From: Schaalia meyeri
GTDB lineage: Bacteria; Actinomycetota; Actinomycetes; Actinomycetales; Actinomycetaceae
Length of the DNA: 32,000 nucleotides
Direction of reading: 5' to 3'
Assembly (NCBI RefSeq): GCF_900105015.1
Contig: NZ_FNLK01000005.1
Coordinates: forward strand, 180,001-212,000
The notes beneath the pieces are model-generated. The model was not told the DNA's origin and ran no database searches. It saw only the letters and a list, made by a program, of their open reading frames with translations. Below, one piece after another: positions 1-10,956 of this stretch (positions are counted from its first letter, which is position 1; each line of letters opens with the position of its first letter). The position numbers and the translations under genes were made by a program.

Positions 1-64
1 GGTGTGGGGTCTTTAACGGCATCAATTCTTTCATGAGGGCGCGCAACCGCAACCGCTGGCGGGC

Positions 65-70
65 TAGGCT
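65..70 (+). promoter_or_regulatory. -10-like hexamer TAGGCT (TANNNT) 6 nt upstream of the coaE GTG; candidate leaderless promoter
   Basis: TAGGCT at 65-70, 6-nt spacer GGGTGG, GTG at 77. No SD at a usable distance. Five other starts in the window share this geometry. Confidence 0.4.
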
Positions 71-76
71 GGGTGG

Positions 77-775
77 GTGAGAAGCTCCTTGAACAGCGGA
101 GGATGCGCGGCCTCCCTCCTGCGCCCTATCCGACCGCTGCGCCTGAACGGCCCCGCACGCATCGTCGCGGTGAGCGGGGGAATCGGATCCGGGAAGTCGT
201 CGGTGACGCGGACTTTTGCCTCGTTAGGTGCGGTTGTGGCGGATGCCGACGCGATCGCTCGCGAGATACTCCAGCCCGGAACTCGGGCGTTGCGTGAGGT
301 TGCCGAACACTTCGGAGCGGACCTGATCCGCTCGGATGGAACCCTTGATCGCTCGCTGTTGGCGTCCCGGGTATTTGCATGCGACGGGCGCGTTCGGGAG
401 CTGAACGCGATCACTCACCCCGCCATTACCGAGCGTGCCTGGACAATCCTGAACGGTGCTCCCGAGGGAGCCCTCGCCGTCTACGACATCCCCCTCCTCG
501 TCGAGGGCGACGGCATCGACCTGTTCGATGCCGTCATCATGGTGGATGCCCCCGAAGAGGAACGGATCCGCCGCCTGGCGGGGAGGGGAATGTTGCCTGA
601 GGATGCACGCGCCCGGATCCGCGCCCAGGCCTCGTCAGAGGAAAGGCGTGCCGCGGCAAACGTGTGGATTGATAACCGGGGGAGCATTGCCGACCTGGAG
701 AACGTCTCTGCACAGGCCTACGAGCGCTGGCTGTCCCCTTATGGCGGGCGCCCATTGTCCAGGCCGAGGCAGTGA
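77..775 (+). CDS. coaE: dephospho-CoA kinase
   Basis: 232-aa ORF with an N-terminal P-loop (IVAVSGGIGSGKSSV) typical of CoaE. Its position just upstream of uvrB matches actinobacterial synteny. GTG 77 is the only in-frame start upstream of the P-loop. Confidence 0.85.
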   Translation: MRSSLNSGGCAASLLRPIRPLRLNGPARIVAVSGGIGSGKSSVTRTFASLGAVVADADAIAREILQPGTRALREVAEHFGADLIRSDGTLDRSLLASRVFACDGRVRELNAITHPAITERAWTILNGAPEGALAVYDIPLLVEGDGIDLFDAVIMVDAPEEERIRRLAGRGMLPEDARARIRAQASSEERRAAANVWIDNRGSIADLENVSAQAYERWLSPYGGRPLSRPRQ

Positions 776-794
776 CACTGGTCGCGAACCCGGG

Positions 795-822
795 CCCCTC
801 CTCCAGGCGTCGGGGACGGGCG
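795..822. repeat. 28-nt direct repeat, copy 1 (CCCCTCCTCCAGGCGTCGGGGACGGGCG); can form an imperfect hairpin
   Basis: Identical 28-mer at 795-822 and 855-882, offset exactly 60 nt, with unrelated flanks. Arms 794-801 and 814-821 pair 7 of 8 around a 12-nt loop. Confidence 0.9.
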
Positions 823-841
823 AGTCTTGCGCGGGGTGGTG

Positions 842-850
842 TTGTCGGTG
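842..850 (+). promoter_or_regulatory. exact match to the upstream half of the actinobacterial RecA-NDp (PafBC-type) DNA-damage promoter motif tTGTCRgtg
   Basis: TTGTCGGTG at 842-850 in the coaE-uvrB intergenic region. The nearest TANNNT (888-893) is 37 nt downstream rather than the canonical 8 nt. Confidence 0.4.
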
Positions 851-854
851 GGGT

Positions 855-882
855 CCCCTCCTCCAGGCGTCGGGGACGGGCG
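855..882. repeat. 28-nt direct repeat, copy 2
   Basis: Perfect copy of 795-822. It lies between the TTGTCGGTG motif and the uvrB -10 hexamer. Confidence 0.9.
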
Positions 883-887
883 GCCTG

Positions 888-893
888 TAGCGT
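888..893 (+). promoter_or_regulatory. -10-like hexamer TAGCGT 6 nt upstream of the uvrB GTG; candidate leaderless promoter
   Basis: TAGCGT 888-893, spacer AGTAGC, GTG 900. No SD. Confidence 0.45.
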
Positions 894-899
894 AGTAGC

Positions 900-2987
900 G
901 TGAGCGAAGAACCCGTCATCCGCCAGGACAAGCCCTTCGAGGTAATCTCCCCGTACACGCCGGCAGGCGACCAGCCCAAGGCGATCCGCGAGCTGGCCGC
1001 ACGCATCCGCGACGGCGAGCAGGACGTCGTCCTCATGGGGGCGACCGGCACGGGCAAGAGCGCGACCACCGCGTGGCTTATTGAGGAGCTGCAGCGTCCC
1101 GCGCTGGTGCTCGAACCGAACAAGACCCTGGCCGCGCAGCTGGCTGCGGAGTTCCGCGCGCTCCTACCGAACAACGCCGTTGAGTACTTCGTCTCCTACT
1201 ACGACTACTACCAGCCCGAGGCCTACGTGCCGCAAACGGACACCTTCATCGAGAAGGACTCCTCCATCAATGACGAGGTGGAGCGCCTGCGCCACAGCGC
1301 CACAAACTCGCTTTTGACCAGGCGCGACACGGTCGTCGTCTCCTCGGTCTCCTGCATCTACGGCCTGGGAACGCCCGAAGAATACGTGGCGCGGATGATC
1401 GAGCTGAGCTGCGGAATGGTGATCGACCGCGATGCGCTGCTGCGCAGGTTCGTGGCCATGCAGTACGTGCGTAACGACATGGCCTTCACGCGCGGCACCT
1501 TCCGCGTGCGTGGAGACACGATCGAGATCATCCCCGTTTACGAGGAGCTCGCCATCCGCATCGAGATGTTCGGCGACGAGATCGACTCCCTGGCCGTGCT
1601 TCACCCACTCACCGGCGACGTCATCTCCGAGGTCGACCACACCTATCTCTTCCCCGCGTCGCACTACGTGGCGGGCGAGGAACGCATGAAGAAAGCGATC
1701 AAGTCAATCGAGGAGGAGCTCGACGACCGCCTGGCGTGGCTGCACGCCCAGAACAAGCTGCTCGAAGAACAGCGCCTGCGTATGCGCACCACCTTCGATC
1801 TGGAGATGCTCAAGGAAATCGGATCGTGCGCGGGGGTCGAGAACTACTCACGGCACATCGACGGGCGAGGGCCCGGCACACCGCCGCACACGCTGCTCGA
1901 CTACTTCCCCGAGGACTTCCTGCTCATCATCGATGAGTCCCACGTGACCGTCCCGCAGATCGGCGCGATGTTCGAGGGGGATATGTCGCGCAAGCGAACC
2001 CTCGTCGATTACGGCTTCCGCCTGCCCTCCGCGATGGATAACCGCCCCCTCAAATGGGACGAGTTCACCCAGCGCATCGGGCAAACCGTCTACCTGTCCG
2101 CAACGCCGGGGCCCTACGAGCTCGAGCGCTCCGACGGCGTCGTCGAGCAGATTATCCGGCCCACGGGCCTCGTCGACCCACTCGTGGTCGTCAAGCCGAC
2201 GCAGGGACAGATCGACGACCTGCTGGAACAGGTGCGCCTGCGCGTCGAACGCGACGAGCGCGTGCTGGTCACGACGCTCACCAAGAAGATGGCCGAGGAA
2301 CTCACCACCTACCTCGCCGAGCGTGGCGTCAAGGTGGAGTATCTGCACTCCGACGTGGACACGCTGCGCCGCGTCGAGCTGCTGCGCGAACTGCGCCTGG
2401 GCTCCTTCGATGTCCTGGTCGGCATCAACCTGCTGCGCGAGGGCCTCGACCTGCCCGAGGTCTCCCTGGTGTCCATCCTCGACGCCGACAAGGAGGGTTT
2501 CCTGCGCTCCACCCGCTCCCTCATCCAGACGATCGGCCGCGCCGCACGCAACGTTTCCGGCGAGGTCCACATGTATGCGGACAACGTGACGGATTCAATG
2601 AACGAGGCCATCTCCGAGACAATGCGCAGGCGAGAGATCCAGATCGCGTACAACAAGGAACACGGCATCGATCCCCAGCCGCTTCGCAAGAAGATCTCCG
2701 ACGTGACGGACATGCTCGCGCGCGAACAGGTCGATACGCAGACCCTCCTCGAAGGCGGCTATCGGTGCGAGAAGAGTGCGAAGGACCGCGCCGCCGCCCG
2801 CCGCATGGGCGGCGCGCCACTAAAGCCGGGGCAGCGCGCGGAGGCGGAACTCGCCGAACTCATCGAGGAACTCTCCGCTCAGATGATGACCGCCGCCGAG
2901 CACCTGCAATTTGAGGTCGCGGCCCGGCTGCGCGACGAGATCGAAGATCTGAAGAAGGAACTGCGTGGGATGAAGCGGGCGCACTGA
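900..2987 (+). CDS. uvrB: excinuclease ABC subunit B
   Basis: 695-aa ORF with Walker A ([10 protein letters not shown]), a DExH box (IIDESHVT), helicase C-domain motifs and a C-terminal UVR domain ([20 protein letters not shown]). Confidence 0.97.
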   Translation: MSEEPVIRQDKPFEVISPYTPAGDQPKAIRELAARIRDGEQDVVLMGATGTGKSATTAWLIEELQRPALVLEPNKTLAAQLAAEFRALLPNNAVEYFVSYYDYYQPEAYVPQTDTFIEKDSSINDEVERLRHSATNSLLTRRDTVVVSSVSCIYGLGTPEEYVARMIELSCGMVIDRDALLRRFVAMQYVRNDMAFTRGTFRVRGDTIEIIPVYEELAIRIEMFGDEIDSLAVLHPLTGDVISEVDHTYLFPASHYVAGEERMKKAIKSIEEELDDRLAWLHAQNKLLEEQRLRMRTTFDLEMLKEIGSCAGVENYSRHIDGRGPGTPPHTLLDYFPEDFLLIIDESHVTVPQIGAMFEGDMSRKRTLVDYGFRLPSAMDNRPLKWDEFTQRIGQTVYLSATPGPYELERSDGVVEQIIRPTGLVDPLVVVKPTQGQIDDLLEQVRLRVERDERVLVTTLTKKMAEELTTYLAERGVKVEYLHSDVDTLRRVELLRELRLGSFDVLVGINLLREGLDLPEVSLVSILDADKEGFLRSTRSLIQTIGRAARNVSGEVHMYADNVTDSMNEAISETMRRREIQIAYNKEHGIDPQPLRKKISDVTDMLAREQVDTQTLLEGGYRCEKSAKDRAAARRMGGAPLKPGQRAEAELAELIEELSAQMMTAAEHLQFEVAARLRDEIEDLKKELRGMKRAH

Positions 2988-3123
2988 TCCGAGTTCCTAC
3001 TCACCGCACAGGGACCGGGGGCCTCTGGGCAGCGTGCGGGCGATCCGCCTCGCTCAGGCGACCGATGACACTCGCGACGAAGTGCGCGCGAGCGTGAGCC
3101 GCCGACTAGAATGGGCGCGTAAG

Positions 3124-3232
3124 CGGAGGGGAGTACTCCCACCAACAGTGGCGTCGTCACCACGACGGCCCGCCCGTGCGGCGCGGCCTCCGGCGTCACC
3201 GGCCAGAAGCTTCTGGCGGGAGGAGACCTCCG
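3124..3232 (+). promoter_or_regulatory. candidate yybP-ykoY-type (Mn2+) riboswitch aptamer in the terC leader
   Basis: CGGAGG (3124-3129) pairs with CCTCCG (3227-3232), and CTCCC (3136-3140) pairs with GGGAG (3218-3222). These two helices flank an asymmetric loop, GGAGTA (3130-3135) opposite GAGA (3223-3226), which is the conserved L1 arrangement as I recall it. GC hairpins inside at 3152-3167, 3168-3189 and 3202-3217. The downstream genes are TerC family, a classic target. Confidence 0.55.
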
Positions 3233-3253
3233 GTACCCGACTCGTACCGGAGG
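3227..3253 (+). promoter_or_regulatory. SD-sequestering hairpin (expression platform)
   Basis: CCTCCGGTAC (3227-3236) is the perfect reverse complement of GTACCGGAGG (3244-3253), with a 7-nt loop. The 3' arm contains the SD GGAGG (3249-3253), 8 nt before ATG 3262. The 5' arm overlaps the 3' strand of the proposed closing helix. Confidence 0.6.
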
Positions 3254-3261
3254 CTTCACGT

Positions 3262-4272
3262 ATGCACGTGCACGCGCTCGCCTGGATCATCCTCGCAGCC
3301 ATCATCTTGACCATGATCGTCGTTGACATCGTCGGCCACGTTCGCACACCCCACGAACCCACCCTCACAGAGGCCGCGTCCTGGTCGGTCGCCTACATAG
3401 CGATCGCCCTCGTCTTCGGCGCGATCGTCTGGGCCGTCTGGGGCGCCCAGTACGGACAGGAATACCTGGGTGGCTACATCACCGAGAAAGCGCTGAGCAT
3501 CGACAACCTCTTCGTGTTCGTCATCATATTGTCCACTTTCCGGGTTCCACGCAAGAACCAGCAGGAGGTACTGCTGGCCGGCATCGTGATTGCTCTGGTT
3601 CTGCGCCTGCTGTTCATCCTGACTGGCGCGGCCCTCATCGAAAACTTCTCGTGGGTGTTCTACATCTTCGGAGCCTGGCTGCTGTGGACCGCCATCAGCC
3701 AAGTCCGTGAAGGTGCCGGGAACGACGTTGAAGAGGAGGAGTACCAGCCCCCGTTACTCGTGCGCTGGGTGTCCAAGATCGTCCCTGTCACCGATGGATT
3801 CATCGGCTCACGCATGCTCTATCGCCACGGCGGACGCACGTACATCACCCCGCTCCTCCTGTGCGTCCTGGCTATCGGTACCGCCGACGTCATGTTCGCG
3901 GTCGATTCGATCCCAGCGATCTACTCCCTGACCGCCGAGGCCTACCTTGTGTTCGCCGCGAATGCGTTCTCGCTGCTCGGCCTGCGACAGCTCTACTTCC
4001 TCATCGACGGGCTGGCCAATCGCATCGTATTTTTGCACTACGGGCTGGCCGTGATCCTTGGTTTTATCGGTTTCAAGCTCATCAACCACGCGCTGCACAC
4101 CAACGAGCTGATCTTCATCAACGGTGGCCGCGAGGTGACGCTTCTGCCCGAACCTACGATCGCATTCTCCCTGGGGTTTATCGTCGTTACGATTCTCATC
4201 ACGGTCGTGGCCTCCCTCGCGGTTTCGTGGGCACGCAGCGGGAACGAAGAGATCGGCGCGGGAGGGCGGTAG
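3262..4272 (+). CDS. TerC-family integral membrane protein (Alx/YkoY-like), paralog 1
   Basis: The ORF 3034-4272 is trimmed to ATG 3262, which has an SD and begins the hydrophobic protein. The upstream in-frame part is R/P/A-rich and overlaps the structured leader. TerC-like motifs are LSIDNLFVF, FRVPRKNQQ and DSIPAI, with multiple TM segments. Confidence 0.85.
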   Translation: MHVHALAWIILAAIILTMIVVDIVGHVRTPHEPTLTEAASWSVAYIAIALVFGAIVWAVWGAQYGQEYLGGYITEKALSIDNLFVFVIILSTFRVPRKNQQEVLLAGIVIALVLRLLFILTGAALIENFSWVFYIFGAWLLWTAISQVREGAGNDVEEEEYQPPLLVRWVSKIVPVTDGFIGSRMLYRHGGRTYITPLLLCVLAIGTADVMFAVDSIPAIYSLTAEAYLVFAANAFSLLGLRQLYFLIDGLANRIVFLHYGLAVILGFIGFKLINHALHTNELIFINGGREVTLLPEPTIAFSLGFIVVTILITVVASLAVSWARSGNEEIGAGGR

Positions 4273-4303
4273 AATACCACGGACGTATAGTTAAGAGGTA
4301 TTT

Positions 4304-5302
4304 ATGGTCATTCACCCGTGGGCCTGGGGCGTTCTCGCGCTGGTCGCGATCGGCCTGGTCGCACTCGACTTCCTTGGACACGCTCGTAACCCACACCCGC
4401 CCAGGGCATCCGAGGCCGCGCGGTGGACCGCGTTTTACGTGGGCCTGTCCGGCCTGTTTGGGGTCGGTGTCTGGCTGACCAACGGGTGGCTGTACGCCCA
4501 GGAATTCTACGCGGGATGGGCCATGGAATGGTCGCTGTCCATCGACAACCTCTTCGTCTTCATTCTTATCCTCAAGGCCTTCCGCGTTCCGCGCGATAAT
4601 CAGCAAAAGGCGCTGCTCCTGGGCATCGTGATCGCGCTGCTGCTCAGGCTGGTCTTCATCCTCGCGGGGGCCGCGCTGGTGTCGAGTTTTTCCTGGGTGT
4701 TCTTCATCTTTGGCGTATGGCTGCTGTGGACCGCCTTCGTCCAGGTCAAGGAAACGGCGACGGGAGGGGAGGACGAAGAGGAATACCACGAGAATGCGTT
4801 CATCCGCCTCGTGCGCCGCATCCTGCCGGTGACGGATGGATTCATCGGAAACCGGATGATCTACCGCCACGGCGGACGCACCTACCTGACCCCGCTGTTC
4901 GTGGTCGTGCTTGCCCTGGGATCGGCGGACCTGATGTTCGCTTTTGATTCGATTCCCGCGATCTTTGGCATCACATCGCAGGCGTTCTTAGTGTTCGCGT
5001 GCAACGTCTTTGCACTGATGGGGCTGCGCCAGCTGTTCTTCCTCGTGGATGCTCTGCTCTGTAAGCTCGTCTACCTGGGTTATGGGCTGGGCGTGATTTT
5101 GAGCTTTATCGGCGTCAAGCTCATTCTTGAGGCGCTGCACGCAAACACCCTCCCGTTCATCAACGGTGGCCGGGGCGTGTCGTGGGTGCCCGTCATTTCT
5201 GTGTCAGTGTCGCTGGGGGTCATCGTGGTGACCCTCGTGGCGACTGTGGTTGCGTCGCTGATACGCAGCGCGATGAATGAGGGGGAAGCACGTGAGTGCT
5301 GA
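4304..5302 (+). CDS. TerC-family integral membrane protein, paralog 2
   Basis: 332-aa ORF, collinear with and clearly similar to paralog 1 (LSIDNLFVF, FRVPRDNQQ, PVTDGFIGNRMIYRHGGRTY, DSIPAI). SD AAGAGG lies 5 nt before the ATG. Confidence 0.9.
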   Translation: MVIHPWAWGVLALVAIGLVALDFLGHARNPHPPRASEAARWTAFYVGLSGLFGVGVWLTNGWLYAQEFYAGWAMEWSLSIDNLFVFILILKAFRVPRDNQQKALLLGIVIALLLRLVFILAGAALVSSFSWVFFIFGVWLLWTAFVQVKETATGGEDEEEYHENAFIRLVRRILPVTDGFIGNRMIYRHGGRTYLTPLFVVVLALGSADLMFAFDSIPAIFGITSQAFLVFACNVFALMGLRQLFFLVDALLCKLVYLGYGLGVILSFIGVKLILEALHANTLPFINGGRGVSWVPVISVSVSLGVIVVTLVATVVASLIRSAMNEGEAREC

Positions 5303-7682
5303 TGTACATGCATCCGCCGAGAACGGCCTGAGCGCAGCTGAGGTCGCAGAGAGGGTCTCGCGCGGAGCGGTGAACCGGGTGAAGAGCAGGACGTCCCGCT
5401 CGGTGGCCTCCATCGTGCGTGAAAACGTGTTGACGCTGTTCAACGCGATCATCGTCGCGGCTTCCATCATCGTTTTGCTGTTCGGCGACGTGAGGGATGG
5501 GATCTTTGGCGGCGTGATGGTGATTAATGCCATCATCGGAATCGTCTCTGAACTTCGGGCCAAACGGACCTTGGATTCTCTGGCCATCGTGGATGCCCCT
5601 CAATCGACCGTGTTGCGCGATGGGACGGCGGTGGTGGTTCCTGCCCGTGATGTCGTGCTCGACGACGTCATCGAGCTGTCGCTGGGTGACCAGGTGAGCG
5701 TGGACGGCACGGTGCTGTCTTTCGCGGGCCTTGAGATTGACGAATCCCTGCTGACGGGGGAGTCACGCCCCGTGAAGAAAAGGGCGGGAGATCCGCTGCT
5801 CGCGGGGACCAGCGTGGTCGCTGGATCAGGACGCATGATAGCCACCGCTGTGGGTGAGCGTGCCTATGCCCAGGGCCTATCCGAGCAGGCCCGCGCCTTT
5901 ACGCGCACAGCGTCCGAGATCCAGCTGTCGATCAACAGGGTCCTGCAGGTGGTATCTGTTCTGCTGGTGCCGATCGTCGTCCTGACCTTCTACTCGCAGA
6001 ATCGGATTGCCGGTGGGGCGGGCGGCGATTGGCGCGAGGCCCTCGTCCTGTCCGTCGCCTCCGTGATCGGTATGATCCCTCAGGGCCTGGTGCTGCTCAC
6101 GTCCATGAACTTCGCGATTGGGTCAGCGACCCTGGCACGTCGCGGGGTGCTCGTTCAGGAGCTGCCAGCTGTCGAGGTGCTTGCTCGCGTCGATTGCCTG
6201 TGCCTGGACAAAACCGGAACACTCACGACGGGCGGCATCCGCGTTCGCGGCGTCGAGGTCGTGGCTGGGGACGAGGAGACGGTGCGCCGTGCGCTCGCCA
6301 GCGTGGCGAGCGACAGGACGAACGCGACCGCGCAGGCGATCTGGGACCACCTGGATGGAAAGAGCCTCGCCGGAGCACAGGACCGGGCTGAGTGGAGCGT
6401 ACCCTTCTCTTCGGCGCGCAAGTGGAGCGCCTGGGGCACGCAAACAGAATCCTGGATACTGGGGGCGCCAGAGATCGTCATCAACGAGTCCGCTGCTGGC
6501 AACGGAGACCTATTGGAGCGCGTGCGCGGCATCGCCAAGGGGGGCGCGCGTGTTGTCGCGCTCGTGCACGCCGACGCTCAAGTGATCGACGACCAGCTGC
6601 CCTGCCAGCGTGACGTCGCCGCGCTGATCACTTTAGAGGAAGACCTGCGGCCCGACGCCGCGCAGACGCTGGACTACTTCCGGTCCCAGGGAGTCCACGT
6701 GCGCGTGATCTCCGGGGATAACCCCACGACCGTGGGCGCGCTGGCGGCCCAGGCGGGCCTGACTGCGCCGGAAGGCAGCCCGGCTCGCCTGATGGACGCC
6801 CGCGATCTCCCAGAAGATCTCACCTCGCAAGCCTTTATCGACGCAATTGAGGCGCACGACGTTTTCGGGCGCGTCACCCCCGAGCAGAAGCGCGCGATGG
6901 TCGGCGCCCTGCAGGCACGCGATCACTGCGTCGCGATGACCGGCGACGGGGTGAACGATGCGTTGGCCCTGAAGGACGCGGATCTGGGTATCGCCATGGG
7001 CAACGGTACCCAGGCCACGAAGGCGGTCGCCCAGATTGTGCTGGTGGACTCGAAGTTCTCGGTGCTTCCGGGTGTCCTGTCCGAGGGGAGGCGCATCATC
7101 GCCAACATGGAGCGAGTGTCCTCGCTGTTCCTGGCCAAAACGACCTACGCCGCCGTCCTCGTGATCGTGACTGCGCTGGTCGGCTGGCGCTATCCGTTCC
7201 TGCCTCGCCAGTTCAGCTACATCGACTCCCTGACGATCGGTATCCCCGCGTTCTTCCTGGCACTGTGGCCAAACACCAGGAGGTACGTGCCCGGTTTCCT
7301 GAAGCGAACACTGTCCCTCGCGATGCCGACGGGCCTGGTCTTGTCAGCTGCCGCCCTGGTTGCCTTTGGCATTGTCGAAGGGCCGCCTCAGGCGCGCGAA
7401 TCTACTGCGGCAATCCTGTCGCTGATGCTGGGCGCTATCTGGCTTTTGGTGATCACGTCACGCCCGCTGTCGCCCTGGAAGTGGGTGCTGCTCGCGAGCG
7501 TTACGACGGCGACCATCGGTGGGGTCATGATCTCGCCGGTCCGCGTTTTCTTCTCGATGGTGCTGCCCACCGGAGGCGAGTGGCTGGCGGTCGCCGGCGT
7601 TGGCGCGTGTGCGGCGGTTCTCATCGAGTGCGCGCAGCGCGTCTTCTACGCGCGGCAATTTGCCCGATCGCTTCGGGAATAG
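5292..7682 (+). CDS. cation-transporting P-type ATPase (P2-like)
   Basis: Motifs are LTGESRPV (actuator TGES), IPQGL in the TM4-like segment, DKTGTLT (phosphorylation site) and MTGDGVNDALALKDADLGIAMG (hinge). I prefer GTG 5292, which has GGGGGA upstream. ATG 5277 is the alternative. Either start overlaps the end of the TerC paralog 2 gene. Confidence 0.9.
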   Translation: MSADVHASAENGLSAAEVAERVSRGAVNRVKSRTSRSVASIVRENVLTLFNAIIVAASIIVLLFGDVRDGIFGGVMVINAIIGIVSELRAKRTLDSLAIVDAPQSTVLRDGTAVVVPARDVVLDDVIELSLGDQVSVDGTVLSFAGLEIDESLLTGESRPVKKRAGDPLLAGTSVVAGSGRMIATAVGERAYAQGLSEQARAFTRTASEIQLSINRVLQVVSVLLVPIVVLTFYSQNRIAGGAGGDWREALVLSVASVIGMIPQGLVLLTSMNFAIGSATLARRGVLVQELPAVEVLARVDCLCLDKTGTLTTGGIRVRGVEVVAGDEETVRRALASVASDRTNATAQAIWDHLDGKSLAGAQDRAEWSVPFSSARKWSAWGTQTESWILGAPEIVINESAAGNGDLLERVRGIAKGGARVVALVHADAQVIDDQLPCQRDVAALITLEEDLRPDAAQTLDYFRSQGVHVRVISGDNPTTVGALAAQAGLTAPEGSPARLMDARDLPEDLTSQAFIDAIEAHDVFGRVTPEQKRAMVGALQARDHCVAMTGDGVNDALALKDADLGIAMGNGTQATKAVAQIVLVDSKFSVLPGVLSEGRRIIANMERVSSLFLAKTTYAAVLVIVTALVGWRYPFLPRQFSYIDSLTIGIPAFFLALWPNTRRYVPGFLKRTLSLAMPTGLVLSAAALVAFGIVEGPPQARESTAAILSLMLGAIWLLVITSRPLSPWKWVLLASVTTATIGGVMISPVRVFFSMVLPTGGEWLAVAGVGACAAVLIECAQRVFYARQFARSLRE

Positions 7683-7741
7683 GCGCGCGGCGAGGTCGGG
7701 CCCCTGTGAAGCAGACGGCCCCAGCATCGTTCGCGGGGCGC

Positions 7742-8023
7742 TCAGAAAACGCGTATGACGGGGTTCCACTCGCGGATCAGGCGCGCCTGGATGACCTCGG
7801 CGACGTAGAAAGGATCTTCGTTGAGGATACGCTCGACGGCTTCCTGGTCCGGAGCGCTCACGAGGATGAGGGCTCCGGGGACCTCCCCGAGGAGCGGGCC
7901 CGACGCGATATTGACGCCCTGCTCAAGCAGGCCGGACAAGAAAGCGCGGTGGCGTGGACGGACCTCATCCATCGTCTCGGTCATGGTGGGGTTATAGACG
8001 TATTCGACTGCGTAGTATGCCAT
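7742..8023 (-). CDS. YciI-like small protein
   Basis: 93 aa from ATG 8023 (MAYYAVEYVY...). The short alpha/beta protein carries a C-terminal DPF motif (NEDPFYVAEVI) typical of the YciI family. The longer ORF to 8086 would overlap the uvrA start. Confidence 0.7.
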   Translation of the reverse strand: MAYYAVEYVYNPTMTETMDEVRPRHRAFLSGLLEQGVNIASGPLLGEVPGALILVSAPDQEAVERILNEDPFYVAEVIQARLIREWNPVIRVF

Positions 8024-8030
8024 ACCCGTA

Positions 8031-8036
8031 ACAGTA
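8031..8036 (-). promoter_or_regulatory. -10-like hexamer TACTGT (minus strand) 7 nt upstream of the yciI-like ATG
   Basis: The minus strand reads TACTGT-TACGGGT-ATG. No SD. Confidence 0.3.
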
Positions 8037-8068
8037 GCCCTCATCCGCTGATTTTCCCAGGCGGCGGA

Positions 8069-8074
8069 TAGTAT
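8069..8074 (+). promoter_or_regulatory. -10-like hexamer TAGTAT 6 nt upstream of the uvrA GTG; candidate leaderless promoter
   Basis: TAGTAT 8069-8074, spacer CGAGGG, GTG 8081. Confidence 0.45.
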
Positions 8075-8080
8075 CGAGGG

Positions 8081-10945
<2,865 letters not shown>

Positions 10946-10956
10946 CAGCGTCTAGG

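Noticed and set aside
776-899. LexA SOS boxes (TCGAAC-N4-GTTCGA type) upstream of uvrB, also checked upstream of uvrA (8024-8080) and uvrC (16900-17086)
   Set aside because: No GAAC-N4-GTTC palindrome is present in any of the three upstream regions.
3034-3261. In-frame N-terminal extension of the first TerC ORF (76 codons)
   Set aside because: The extension is R/P/A-rich with no TerC similarity. It overlaps the structured leader and the SD hairpin. ATG 3262 has a proper SD and begins the first TM helix.
7683-7741. Possible bidirectional terminator between the convergent ATPase and yciI-like genes
   Set aside because: I found only a 5-bp GGGCC/GGCCC stem with a 14-nt loop, which is not convincing.
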